This document shows, piece by piece, positions 37,370-49,605 of a stretch of 64,000 bases of DNA. Made by a program: the position numbers and the translations under genes. This DNA comes from Octopus sinensis (Eukaryota), in assembly GCF_006345805.1 (NCBI RefSeq), contig NC_043015.1:51026001-51090000 (forward strand), in the 5' to 3' direction. Numbering within the stretch: position 1 is the stretch's first letter; each line of letters starts with the position of its first letter. Below the pieces are notes generated by a model, which ran no database searches, was not told the origin of the DNA, and saw only the letters and a list, made by a program, of their open reading frames with translations.

Positions 37370-37399
37370 TTGCCTCCTCCTCCTCCTCCTCCCACCACC

Positions 37400-37600
37400 A
37401 CACTGAGTAACATGCTTAGTGGCATTTCATCTGCCTTTATATTTCTGAGTTCAAATTCTGGTGAGGTTGACTTTGCCTTTCATCCCTTTCAGGATTAATA
37501 AAAAAAGGTACCAGTTGAACACTGGGGATCGATGTAATCAACTTATACCCCTCCCCCAAAATTGCTGGCCTTGTGCCAAAATTTGAAACCAATATTATCA
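37400..37600 (+). mobile_element. SINE family B, 5'-truncated
   Basis: tgcttagtggcatttcatctg...ttctgagttcaaattctgg. Confidence 0.75.
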
Positions 37601-37904
37601 TTATCATTACAGTTCAGTTTTTATGATATTCGGGTGTGTGTATAAATATGTTCTTGTACATATGCATTTATACACACATATATATAAATATGTATATCTG
37701 CACATATATATGTACACATACGCACACACATGCAAACACACACACAACAGAAAAACAAAAAAAACCCTAGCTGGAAATTAATTAAATATAGCCTAGTGAC
37801 ACCTGGTGGTAAAAGTAATATTGGAACTAGGTTCTTTTATATTTCCTGCTATGAGAATGGTATTATGATTCCAGTATTTGTTTCCTATGGACTTGAGTGT
37901 GCAT

Positions 37905-37920
37905 GTAGACACACACACAT

Positions 37921-37981
<61 letters not shown>

Positions 37982-38420
37982 ACACATACACACACACATC
38001 TAAATATACATACACATACACACATATATATATACACATATACACACACACATACATATACACGTATACATACACACATGTATATCTAAAATATATATAT
38101 ATACCCATACATACACACACATCTATATATACATACACATTCACACACATACATATATATATACACATATATACACACATGCACATACAAATACATACAT
38201 ACCCACATATATACATATACACACACATGTATATTTAAAAATATATATATAGATAGATAGATAGATGTACACACATACGCAGACACACACATATAAACAC
38301 ACATACACACACATACATATAAACATGTACACACACACGTATATATGTGTGTGTGTGTGTGTGTATATATATGTAGATAGATTGATAGATGTACACACAC
38401 ACATACACACACATACATGT
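37905..38420. repeat. (CA)n/(TA)n compound microsatellite
   Basis: Direct reading. Confidence 0.85.
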
Positions 38421-39254
38421 ATGTGTTTAAAGAGAAGGTGCAGGATGTGGTTGTGTCTATGTATGTGCAGTGACAAACACAGCTCACACCTTCAGTGTTT
38501 GTCATTCCACATGTGGTGACAGAAAGAACTATGGGTACTACTACTACTGCTACTACTACTACAGCTACTTCTGCTGCCGCTGCTTTTGCTAATGCCATGT
38601 ATATTAATCCATTTGCATCTGGTTAAAAGACTAATTACTCTAATGGCCACTATCTTCTGATTTTTAGTTCCTTGAGGTTTTCAGTTTTTGTGGTTCTCTC
38701 TTTGCGTTTCATGTAATTTTTTTTTCTTCTTTCCATGGTTTTTGTAGCTCAAAGAAACATGTTGCTTCATTGTCTTTTGAAGTTCTGCCGGGGACACTTT
38801 CACTGCTGTTGTTTTTTTTTTTTCTTTTTCGTGTTTTTTTATTCCTTAATTCCAGCAAAAAAAAAAAAAAACCCACCGTAATATCAACCCTTCTTCATTC
38901 CATTCCTTGCTTATGTGTTTGTGTTTTTGTTGCTATTGCTGTTGCTGTTGTTGTTGTCGTTGATGTTGTGGTTATCTGCAGGTGGGCAAGTTCACTAGAT
39001 GGCAGCTGCGGTATTTGAAACAGCTTTCTTTTAGTTTGCAACTGTAGATAGGTGTGATATGGAGGGTTGGTTGGGTGGGGTGGGGGTGGGGGTGGGGGGG
39101 GGGGGGTGCAGGTTATGCACTCTGGCTGTCAAGTTGGTCGGTGGGTTGGTCGGTTGTGCTCGCTGTGTGTGGCTGGCGGTGAGCTGAATGCCTCATGTTC
39201 TGTGTTTCTTTCAGATCTCTTTAGCTGCACCGATACTTATCAGTATTGGGGGTT

Positions 39255-39341
39255 TGTATGTATGTATGTGTGTGTGTGTGTGTGCTTGTATATGTGCATG
39301 TATGCATATGTGTGTGTGTTTGTATATTTATATATGTATGA

Positions 39342-39379
<38 letters not shown>

Positions 39380-40190
39380 ATGAATATGCGTGTGTGTGTA
39401 TGTATTTGTATGCTTGTTTATGTGTGTGTGTGTGTTTGTATGCATATGTGTGTGTGTTTGTATATATATATATATATGTGTGGTGTGTGTGTGTGTGTGT
39501 ATGAATATGCGTGTGTGTGTATGTATTTGTATGCTTGTTTATGTGTGTGCTTGTATATGTGCATGTATGCATATGTGTGTGTGTTTGTATATATATATAT
39601 ATATATAAATATATGTGTGTGTGTTGTGTATGAATATGCGTGTGTGTGTATGTATTTGTATGCTTGTTTATGTGTGTGTGTGTTTGTATGCATATGTGTG
39701 TGTCTTTGTGTGAGTGCTTGTTTATGTGTATGTGTGTTTGTATGCGTGTGTGTGTGTGTGTGTTTGTGTGTGTGCTTGTATATGTGTGTTTGTATGCATA
39801 TGTGTGTTTGTATATATATATATATATATGTATGAATATATATGTATGTGTGTGTGTTTGTATGCATATGTGTGTGTGTTTGTATATATTATTTATATAT
39901 GTATGAATATATATGTGTATGTGTGCTTGGATATGTGTATGTGTGTTTGTATGCATGTGTGTGTGTTTGTGTATGTGTGCTTGTATATGTATGTGTGTTT
40001 GTATGTGTATGTGTCTGTGTTTGTATATTTATATATGTATATTGTGTGTATGCTTGTATATGTGTATGTGTTTGTATATATATATGTATGTATATACTTA
40101 GATATGTGTGTGTATGTGTTTGTAATATACATGCATGCACACACACACACATACACACACACACACATACACACACACACACACACACAC
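39255..40190. repeat. (TG)n/(TA)n field with higher-order repeat units
   Basis: Recurrent tatgaatatgcgtgtgtgtgtatgtatttgtatgcttgtttatgtg blocks. Confidence 0.85.
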
Positions 40191-40479
40191 ATAATGCAGG
40201 TTTTGCTTTTGGCAGGTTTTGTCATCCAGCATGAGTTCTTTGTGAAGTGGGGTGGGGGGGAAGGGCACTTTACTCTTCTCTCTCTTCTTTTTCGTTATCT
40301 TTCTTTTCCTTCTTGCTTTCCTTCCTTTTTCTCTTTTTCGATTCTTTGTTTTTGGGGGAGATGGAGTTGATTAAAAGGAAAAGAAACAACAACAACAACA
40401 GCAACAACAACAACACACCATAAAATTTGGTAATGTTTGTCTCCTGTTTTATGTTTCATTACGTGAGTGTTTGTTACTT

Positions 40480-41040
40480 GTTGGTGGGGGAATCACATCT
40501 GGAACGCTTGATAGGAGGTTGGGCTATCGCACAAAGCATCGAGGGTTCGGTTCTTGTCCGGAAATTGCCACACTAAATGCATGTTTCAAGGGACTTTTGG
40601 GAATATCATACAGGATGAATGAAAACGAGGTTGATGGCATACCACCCACACACCCATCCCCACATCTTCACACCTACACATACATATACGCAACGTCCAG
40701 ACCACCAGCCCTCTTTCACATACACATACATACTCTCTTATACACACACTCACCTTTGTGTTGGGGGCACCTTTTTATTGGGGGTCATCGTTACCTTGTT
40801 ATGTCCCCTACTTTCCTCCTCGTGTTTGACCTTTCTGTCCGGCACTAGTCGCCATGATAGATCGTTAGCCACTACATACATTTTTTTTCTCTCCTTGTTT
40901 TTTCTGTGTCCCTTTCTGTAGAAGAGCGTAGGCTCGAAACGTAAAAGACCTTTTCTATTCCTGAGCATTATACTAATACATCTATTTGTTTTATACACCA
41001 CCTGTCTTTGTCTTTTGTTTTTTTCGTAAACTCTCCCTTT
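40480..41040 (+). mobile_element. Probable PLE 3' region/pseudo-LTR ending at (TA)n
   Basis: Contains the minimal hammerhead at 40908-40949; the 5' boundary is uncertain. Confidence 0.5.
40908..40949 (+). ncRNA. Minimal type I hammerhead ribozyme motif with one core substitution
   Basis: gtcccttt-CTGtAGA-a gagc gtag gctc-GAA ACGT A-aaagac: stems I and II intact, palindromic ACGT in place of stem III, A6 changed to U. Confidence 0.65.
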
Positions 41041-41048
41041 ATATATAT

Positions 41049-41115
<67 letters not shown>

Positions 41116-41224
41116 TTAAGCATGTGTATGAGTTTGTGTATGTGAGTGTGTAAATATATCAGAAGGATGTGTTATAATACTATTCCACATATACAAAGAC
41201 AGCCATACCAACAATCCAACATAC

Positions 41225-41320
41225 CTCCATCATCAGCTGCCCCACAGATATCATTATGGCTTTGACACCTGGGCAGTACCATTGAATCTGGCAGTGTCAA
41301 CAGCATTAAAATAAGTGTTG
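41225..41320 (-). other. Candidate 96-nt internal exon
   Basis: Minus strand: acceptor gtgttttctttggtttgtttgttcccAG, donor gag|GTATGT; one open frame, TTLILMLLTLPDSMVLPRCQSHNDICGQLMME; no homologue recognised. Confidence 0.2.
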
Positions 41321-41577
41321 TCTGGGAACAAACAAACCAAAGAAAACACAACTTTCAAATACATTTACCCTATGTACAATCATATCGATAAATAAATTCA
41401 ATAAGTAAATCAATAACCAACTCCTAAATATGTAACTAAACAGTGACCAAACCTTTAAGTCATACATTTTATTCTCTACAGTGTTCCATAGTAGAATATG
41501 TACACATATTATATTCAATGTGTCATCATTATCATCATGTATATATGTGTAAATACCCCCTCCCCATATATATAGTG

Positions 41578-41895
41578 AAGGTGCATGGCTCAGTGGTTAG
41601 AGTGTCGAGCTTACAATCATATGGTTGTGGGTTCAATTTCTGGACCGGGCTGCGTGTTGTAATCTTGAGCAAGACACTTTATTTCACGTTGCTCCAGTTC
41701 ACTCATCTGTAGAAATGAGTTGCGACGTCACTGGTGCCAAGATGTATCGGCCCCTTTGCCTTTCCCTTGGATAACATCGGTGGCATGGAGAGGGGAAGAT
41801 GGTATGCATGGATGACTGCTTGTCTCCCATAAACAACCTTGCCTGGACTTGTACCTGAGAGGGTAACTTTCTAGGTGCAATCCCACGGTCAGTCA
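41578..41895 (+). mobile_element. SINE family D
   Basis: ggtgcatggctcagtggttagag...gggttcaatttc...atcttgagcaagacac. Confidence 0.85.
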
Positions 41896-41943
41896 TCATA
41901 TATCAATCTCAGCTCATCATATATATATATATATGTATATGTA

Positions 41944-41974
<31 letters not shown>

Positions 41975-42679
41975 TTTTATATATATATATATATAAAAAT
42001 ATATATATATACGTGTGAATGTATATATGTGTATGTATATATATATGTGTGTGTGCATGTATATATATATATATATATGCACATACAAATGTGTGCATAT
42101 ATATATGAATATGTGTATATGCATATATGTATGCATATAGATGCATATGTGTGTATGTGTATATACAAACATTGTGTGCACATAATAAACATCTATGTAT
42201 ATACACATATATATTTATATATGTATATATATATATATATGCATATATCTCTGTGTGTCTGTTTATGTTTCTTTTTGTTGGTGTGTTTGTTGAAATTATA
42301 AGTTGGTAATATTTACAAAAAGATTTAAATAAACACTACAGGATATTGTTATATCTTGCTATCTGCTGGTTGCTATTGGCAACTGTTGCTGGAGAAATTC
42401 TTACTCTCACGAAGCAAGAAGAAATGAAAATGATAACGAACACGAATATTTGTATGACTCTCAAGGGGCCCTCTGTTTTTATTTTATTTTATTCAATTTC
42501 ATTTTATTTTATTTTGTCTCTTTTGAGGAAGCATTGTTATCCATTTGTGAGGAAGTGCTTCTGTTTTTGATTTTGAGATACACAAGTAGGTATTTGGTGA
42601 ATGGTTTTATGGAAATGAAGATGGTAGTACAGGTTGTTTGTTCGTTGTCCAACTTGTTTGTTGGATGGAAGAAAACGAT

Positions 42680-43045
42680 TTGACATTGTTGTCATTATCC
42701 TTATTGTCGTCGTCGTCATCATCCTCATCATCATTGTAGTCATTGTCATTGTCATCACTTTCATCATCATCATCATCATCCACATCTTCGTTGTCATCAT
42801 TATCCACTTCTCTATCATCATTGTCATCATCATCTTAATCGTCATCATCATCTTTGTGTCATCGTTCTCATTATCATTCTCATCATTATCCACTACATCA
42901 TTATTGTCATTATCATCTTAATCGTCATCATCATTGTCACCATCATTTTCATCTTCATCCTCATCTGCTTCTTCCTCATCATTATCATCAACTTAATCAT
43001 CATCGTAACCTTTGTCTTATCTATCATCCTCATTATCATCATAAT
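42680..43045. repeat. Degenerate (CAT)n tract
   Basis: Direct reading. Confidence 0.9.
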
Positions 43046-43049
43046 TGTC

Positions 43050-43450
43050 AATGAGGTAATGTTCACTTTCCATGCTCTTATGCATTGGATGAAATTCACT
43101 GAGGCAGACTTTCTATGGCTGGATGCCCTTCCTGTTGACAACCCTCACGTTCCAAGTAAGCCAATATTTCCCTACGACCAGACATGTTTTCATGGAAGAT
43201 TGGAAATGAATAGCACTGCTTGTATGACGGGGTTCCTTGCTTACAACTATCATGCAATGTCAAGAAAAAAATACACGCACACACTCACATAAACACACAC
43301 ACACACACATGCACTGTGTTTCAGATTCACTCACAAAGGTTTGATTGGCATAGGGCTAAAAATAGAAGACACTTGCCCAAGGTGCTGTGCAGTAGGACTG
43401 AACTTGAAACTCTATGGCTGGCACGTGAACTTCTTCACTGTACAGCCATG
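43050..43450 (-). mobile_element. Family C-related 3' end followed by a SINE A 5' half
   Basis: ctatggctggatgcccttcc; agaagacacttgcccaaggtgc. Confidence 0.65.
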
Positions 43451-43611
43451 TCCTTTGTCTTTGTGATTTTTTCCTCAATAATCATGAGACAGCATTTCAT
43501 TTTCAGGAGAATTGTGGGTTTTCTATGTGGTCACTTGGTCTGCAAGTAACACAAATGGAATCTCACTCAAATCAGAACCTGTTGACATAAATGCAGGAAA
43601 ATACAATATGA

Positions 43612-43850
43612 GGGTGCTTGGTTTAGTGGTTAGGGTGTTTGGCTTGCAATCATAAGGTTGTGAGTTCGATTCCCAGTGGCACATTGCGTCCTTTAGGAAG
43701 ACACTTTTTTTTGTTGCTCCAGTTCACTCAGCTGGCAAAAATGAGTTGTACATGCAATTCAATGGGCCAGCCTTATCACATTCCATGTTATGTTGAATTT
43801 CCCTGAGGACTACATTAAGGGTACATGTGTTTGTGGAGTTCTCAGCCACT
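43612..43850 (+). mobile_element. SINE family D
   Basis: gtttagtggttagggtg...gagttcgattcccag. Confidence 0.8.
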
Positions 43851-43854
43851 TCAT

Positions 43855-44350
43855 CATCATCATCACCACCACCACCACCGCCATCATCATCATCATCATC
43901 ATCATTGTTGTTTAACCTCTGCTTTCCATGCTGGCATGGGTTGGATGGTTTGCACCAGGTACCAATCTGATCTAGCAAAGGATGCCTGTCCTAACGCCAA
44001 CCACTCTGAGAGTGTAGTGGGTTCTTTTATGTGCCACTGGCACGAAGGCTAGTCAGGCGGTACTGGCAATGACCACATTTAAATGGTGTTTTTCACGTGC
44101 CACCTGCACAGGAGCCAGCCTGGCGGCACTGGCATAGACCACACTCGAATGTTGTTTTCATGTACCACTGGCACAGGTTCCAGTAGGGCGATGGTGACAA
44201 TGATCACATCACACTCAAATAATACTTTTTACATACCGGCATGAGAGCCAGTCAGTGACCATGGCAATGATCATGCTTGGGTGGTACTTTTAATGTTCCA
44301 CTGACACGGGTGCCAATCAGGTGGTACTGTATTCGGCCACATCAGCGATT
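43855..44350 (-). mobile_element. SINE family C with ~60-bp upstream subrepeats
   Basis: ttccatgctggcatgggttggatgg...cctaacgccaaccactctgagag, then repeated ccactggcac units. Confidence 0.75.
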
Positions 44351-45899
44351 TTGATTTTGATTTCACTTGTTCAACAGGTCTTTACAAGCAAAGTTTACTG
44401 TCCAATGATTGAAGACTACTCATAAGTGAGCTGGTTATACACCAGTCATAGGGCATGGGTTATGGTCTCACTTGGCTTGCCAGGTTTGCGTGTTAATTTT
44501 ATGAGCAGGCTGTTCCATTGATCGGATTAACCGGAACACTTAGCACCAGAACTGATGGAGTGCCCAACCACTTTGGGTAATATAGTATAAACATACCATG
44601 TGGTCATACCTGGAATATCTATGATCATGTATGAGCATAAGTGTTTGATTTGAGCGTGCCTGCATAGAAATATACAAAATACCATTTAGACTGTAATTGC
44701 AATAGAAACCTATATGTAGGCTCAGATGTGGAAGTGTGGTTGAGAAGTTTGCCTCTCAGCCACATGTTTGCAGGTTCAATCCTGCTGTGTGACACAAATT
44801 TCCATTAGATAAGAGGCCATTCATGTCACAGGTATAAGATGCCATTCGTGTTGCAAATATAATCTGATTCCATAATCTTGCATAGAATTAAGTGTACCGC
44901 CTGGACCCACAAGGAAATGCCTGCAATGAAATTGAACTTAAAGATCTTTCGATTGGCCAATATTTTATTCATTTGGCCATTTGTCACTTTTATAATATAG
45001 CGCAAAATAACTCTGATGTCTTTTTCTTTTGTTCATTGTTTTTTTTTTCCTTAAATCTCAATCAAGTTAACTAAACTGATGCAAGTCGAGTGATGTGTCT
45101 TGTTTAAGAGCAGAATAGACAATGCTGATAAATTTCAATGTTGTTGTTTGTCTGTTTGAAGCGGTGCTATTAGTGGGTTATTCGTAATGGTTATGTGGTG
45201 TAAGAAGACACCGAATTTTTGCACTTGCAACAACGCTAACTAGGAAAATGAAAAGAACATAAATATCATTTATGAGAGTCGAAGCTACGATGTATTATTA
45301 CATTACGGTTATTTGATGAAAGTCATTATCACATAGCTTGATAAAAGAATAAATAAATAAATAAATGAATAAATAAATAAACAAATACATTGACAGAAAA
45401 AAGGAAAAAAATAGAAAAGAAATTATATATAGATGTATAAAAATAAAAAGTACCTTCAACAAAATAGGAGAGAAATATCGAATATCAGATATTTGATATA
45501 AACACCTCTCTGAGGAAATTAGTTTAAAAAAATAATAATAATAATAACCGAGTAATTATTTATGAAGTATATATGATAATGTTGTTATGTTTTCTTGTTA
45601 TTGTTTTTTTCTTCTAATTTTATTTTTATATTACAGTTAAGGTAATAAAATAAATCCTTTTTTTTTGTTTTTTTTGTTTTATACATTCCTCTTCCCGTTC
45701 CACGCACCTTGTTCGTTGTTCTTCTTTAAAACTGATACAAATTACAAATACATCACTCGCAGGCATTTGCTGTTAGGTGTCATCCTAACATTTACGTCAA
45801 ATTACCGTCTTTTTTTTTTTGTTTTTTTTTTCTTTTCCATTCTGCCGTTCAGAGTTCGAATCATACCGTGGTCGTCGACTTTTGCCTTTCATTGTTCCT

Positions 45900-46260
45900 C
45901 ACCATCATCATTACCATTTTGTCATTGTCATCAAGCAACCCTAACCTACCACCACCACCACCACCACTTACACTGTCAATGCCACAGATTCTGTTTCACC
46001 TCCACCACCATTGCAAGAATCCTCGTCGTCACCACCGCCATCACCACTACGGCCTGTATTACCACTCTTATCAATCTACCACGATGCCATAAAGCATACC
46101 CTGCCATCACCATCATTATTATCATCATCATTATCGTCACCTTCATCATCATCACCATTATCACCATCATCATCATCGTCATTGCCATCACCATTATCAC
46201 CATCATCATCCTCACTACCATCATCATCACCATCATTGTCATCATCATCATCGTCATATG
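45900..46260. repeat. (CAT)n/(CAC)n tract
   Basis: Direct reading. Confidence 0.85.
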
Positions 46261-46424
46261 AGTGGTGTCATTTGTTTCTGGTCTTCTGTGGAAAAAACAC
46301 CTCTGACTCTTGGGGGGGGGGTATTACCTTGCTTGGAAACAGGTGAGGACTGGTGACAGGAAGGGCTTCCGGCTGTAGAAAATCTGCCTCAACAAATCAC
46401 ACCTGACCATTGTGCATGTACATT

Positions 46425-47200
46425 GGGTTCAAATTTTGGCACAAGGCCAGTAATTTCAGTGGAGGGGGTAAGTCGATTACATTGACCCTAGTTTCCTACT
46501 GGTATATATTTTATTCTTTTCTTTTCTAGGCACAAGACCCAAAATTTTTGGGGAGAGGGCCAGTTGATTAGATCAACCCCAGTACACAACTGGTACTTAA
46601 TTACTGAAAGAATGACTAAAAGAATGAAAGGCAAAGTTGACCTCGGCAGATTTTGAACTCAGAACATAAAGACAGATGAAATACCACTAAGCATTTCGCC
46701 CAGGATGCTAATGTTTCTGCCAGCTCACCATCTTTAAATGATTTCAAATTTTTGCCACAAGGGCAGCTTGGGGGAGGGGATTAAGTTGATTACATTGGCC
46801 CCAGTGTGTGACTGGTATTTATCTAATCTATGGTGGCAAGCTGGCAGAAACGTTAACATGCCGGGCGAAATGCTTAGTGGTATTTCGTCTGCTGTTATGT
46901 TGTGAGTTCAAATTCCGCCGAGGTTGACTTTTCCTTTCATTTTTTCGGGGTCGATAAATTAAGTACCAGTTACGCACTGGGGTCGATGTAATCGACTTAA
47001 TACCTATGTCTGTCCTTGTTTGTCCCCTCTATGTTTAGCCCCTTGTGGTTAATAAAGAAATAGGTATTTATCTAATCGACTCTAAAAGAATGAAAGGCAA
47101 AGTCGACCTTGGGGGAATTTGAACTCAGAATGTGAAGAAAGATGAAATACTGCTTAGCATTTTGCCCAGGATGCTAACGATTCTGCCAGCTTGCCGCCTG
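46425..47200. mobile_element. Cluster of SINE B copies; a plus-strand copy (46831-47062) is nested in a minus-strand copy with a 15-bp TSD
   Basis: ggtatttatctaatc at 46814-46828 and 47063-47077. Confidence 0.85.
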
Positions 47201-47327
47201 GTATTTAGTTTATTGGCCCTAAAAGGATGAAAGGCCAAATCGACTGCAGATAAGTGAACATTAAACGATGATGGTTCCATGCTGGTGTTGGTTGGATGGT
47301 TTAACAAGGTCTGACAAACCAGATAAC

Positions 47328-47728
47328 TGTCAAAAAGGATTGTTACTCGATGCACCGGTGTACACAAGTGTACACAAGCACAGAGGCACCGTACATATTT
47401 TCCAATGCTATATTCTACAACATTCCAGAAAGCTATTGCTTTTTGTTGTTATTATTTAGGCCCATCTCAAAGTTGTTTCAGTAGACCTCGGATCAAAGCT
47501 GTTCCAGCTATGACCATCCCACCTATTCTACTTGTTTTTGTCCTCAACACACGGTAGGTTTTCCTGGTCACTACTGCCTTTCAAATTTAAATCTCATCTT
47601 TTTGGCTAAGATCCAAAGTGTGGTATCTGTTCTTATCAGCTTGATATCTGATATGTTCCCTATTTGGGGCCATTGATATTAAACTGATTTTGGAATGAGG
47701 CAAAGAGTTAAGGGCCTGCTCCGCCTTC
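47328..47728 (+). repeat. ~400-bp duplication unit, copy 1 (U2 plus ~260 bp upstream)
   Basis: Matches 48893-49294. Confidence 0.95.
47585..47728 (+). pseudogene. U2: U2 snRNA-derived copy, 3'-truncated (lacks stem-loop IV)
   Basis: ttttggctaagatccaaagtgtggtatctgttcttatcagcttgatatctgata...attaaactgattttgg; a minus-strand SINE C fragment replaces the 3' end. Confidence 0.9.
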
Positions 47729-47977
47729 AATATCTGCTCTGGCATGGTTTCTGCAACTGGGTACCCTTCTGAGTGCCAGCCATTCTACAGAGAGTACTAG
47801 GTACTTTGTTTTTTTGTTCTGTGTCACTGACATCAATGAAGTCGTAAAGTTATTCACAAGACAAAACCCTTTAACAGAGTAAGTGATGTAGTATTGAGGA
47901 ATTTGGCCTTTTACCAGGCACCGGTGCCAGAGAGAATGAATGTAGAAGCAAGAACATTCTAATAATGCAACAATAAC

Positions 47978-48575
47978 GGGCTGTGTGGTAAGTAGCTTGC
48001 TTACCAACCACATGGTTCCAAGTTCAGTTCCACTCCATGGCACTTTAGGAAAGTGTCTTCTACTATAGCCTCGGCCCAACCAATGCCTTGTGAGTAGATT
48101 TGGTAGGCGGAAACTGAAAGAAGCCAAAAAGCACCATCTGAACATGGCCAATACCAGCACCGCTTCAACTGGCTTCTGTGTCGGTGGTACGTAAAAAAGC
48201 ACCCACTACACTCTCAGAGTGGTTGGCGTTTGGAAAGGCATCCAGCTATAGAAAACTACCAGATCAGGCTAGAGCCTGGTGAAGCCTCCTGGCTTCCCAG
48301 ACAGCAGTCGAACCGTTCAACCCATGCTAGCATGCAAAACAGACGTTAAACGATGATGGTGATGAGGATGTGTGTGTGTGTGTTTGAACCCCCTTCATCA
48401 CTTGACAACCGATGTTGTGTTTGTGTTCCCGTAACTTAGCGGTTCGGCAGATGAGCCCAATAAAATATGTACTGGGCTTCCAAAGAATAAGTCCTGGGGG
48501 GTCGATTTGTTCGACTGAAGGCAGTGCTCCAGCATGGCCGCAGTCGAATGACTGAAACAAATGAAAGAGTAAAAC
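47978..48575 (+). mobile_element. SINE family A split by a family C copy (48130-48367) at its central microsatellite
   Basis: A 5' half at 47978-48125 and A 3' half at 48368-48575. Confidence 0.8.
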
Positions 48576-48892
48576 TGGAGAGAAAAATGTGACCCAGTTT
48601 TCAGATTCTTAGACAAGAAACAGGAAAATAACTGGAAGACATCTAGAAATTAACAATTGTTCCTGATAATGAAAATCAATATTTTGGTCTTTTCTATAAC
48701 CTGTTTGATTCGTCAATAATTTAATATGCAGACACGTATGTTTCCTTTATATTATCAAGCTGCTCTTTTACTGGTTCGTCTACATCTTCAAGGGTTTTGC
48801 GTTGATCATATATTGGCCCCAATACTTATTTCAGTCTGCAACTTATTTTGTATTGATCTCTTATTGATTGATTTTTTTTTTCCTTCCCATTT

Positions 48893-49294
48893 TGTCAAAA
48901 AGGATTGTTACTCAATGCACCGGTGTACACAAGTGTACACAAGCACAGAGGCACCGTACATATTTTCCAATGCTATATTCTACAACGTTCCAGAAAGCTA
49001 TTGCTTTTTGTTGTCATTATTTAGGCCCATCTCAAAGTTGTTCCAGTAGACCTCGGATCAAAGCTGTTCCAGCTATGACCATCCCACCTATTCTACTTAT
49101 AGTTGTCCTCAACACACGGTAGGTTTTCCTGGTCACTACTGCCTTTCACATTTAAATCTCTCATCTTTTTTGCTAAGATCCAAAGCATGGTATCTGTTCT
49201 TATCAGCTTGATATCTGAAATGGTCCCTATTTGGGGCCATTGATATTAAACTGATTTTGGAATGAGGCAAAGAGTTAAGGGCCTGCACCGCCTT
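48893..49294 (+). repeat. ~400-bp duplication unit, copy 2
   Basis: Matches 47328-47728. Confidence 0.95.
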
Positions 49295-49340
49295 TGCTAC
49301 GGGTTGGCCTGGTATTGCAGTACTTCTGGGATTCAGCCCT
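49150..49340 (+). ncRNA. U2: Near full-length U2 snRNA-derived copy (variant; probably a pseudogene)
   Basis: gctaagatc, tatctgttcttatcag, stem IIb tggtccc/ggggcca, Sm-like site gattttgg, loop IV cctggtattgcagtac; 5' end and branch-point region altered. Confidence 0.9.
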
Positions 49341-49605
49341 TCTACCGTCCAACCCATGCCAGCATGGACAACGAACATTAAATGATGATGATGATGATGT
49401 TCCAATCATTGAACTGTGGCCATGCTGGGGCACTGCCTTGAAGGGTTTAGTCAAACAGATCAACATCAATACTTACAGGTTGTTTCTTGTCCTTTTAAGT
49501 TTGGCACTTACTCTATCAGTCACTTTTGCTGAACAGCTAGGTTATAGGAATATAAACTAACCAACATTAGTTATCATGCAATGGGGGGGCACAAACAACA
49601 TAGAT

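Noticed and set aside
42346-42570. ORF with a signal-peptide-like N-terminus (LYLAICWLLLATVAG)
   Set aside because: Starts at TTG rather than ATG and runs into T-rich low-complexity sequence
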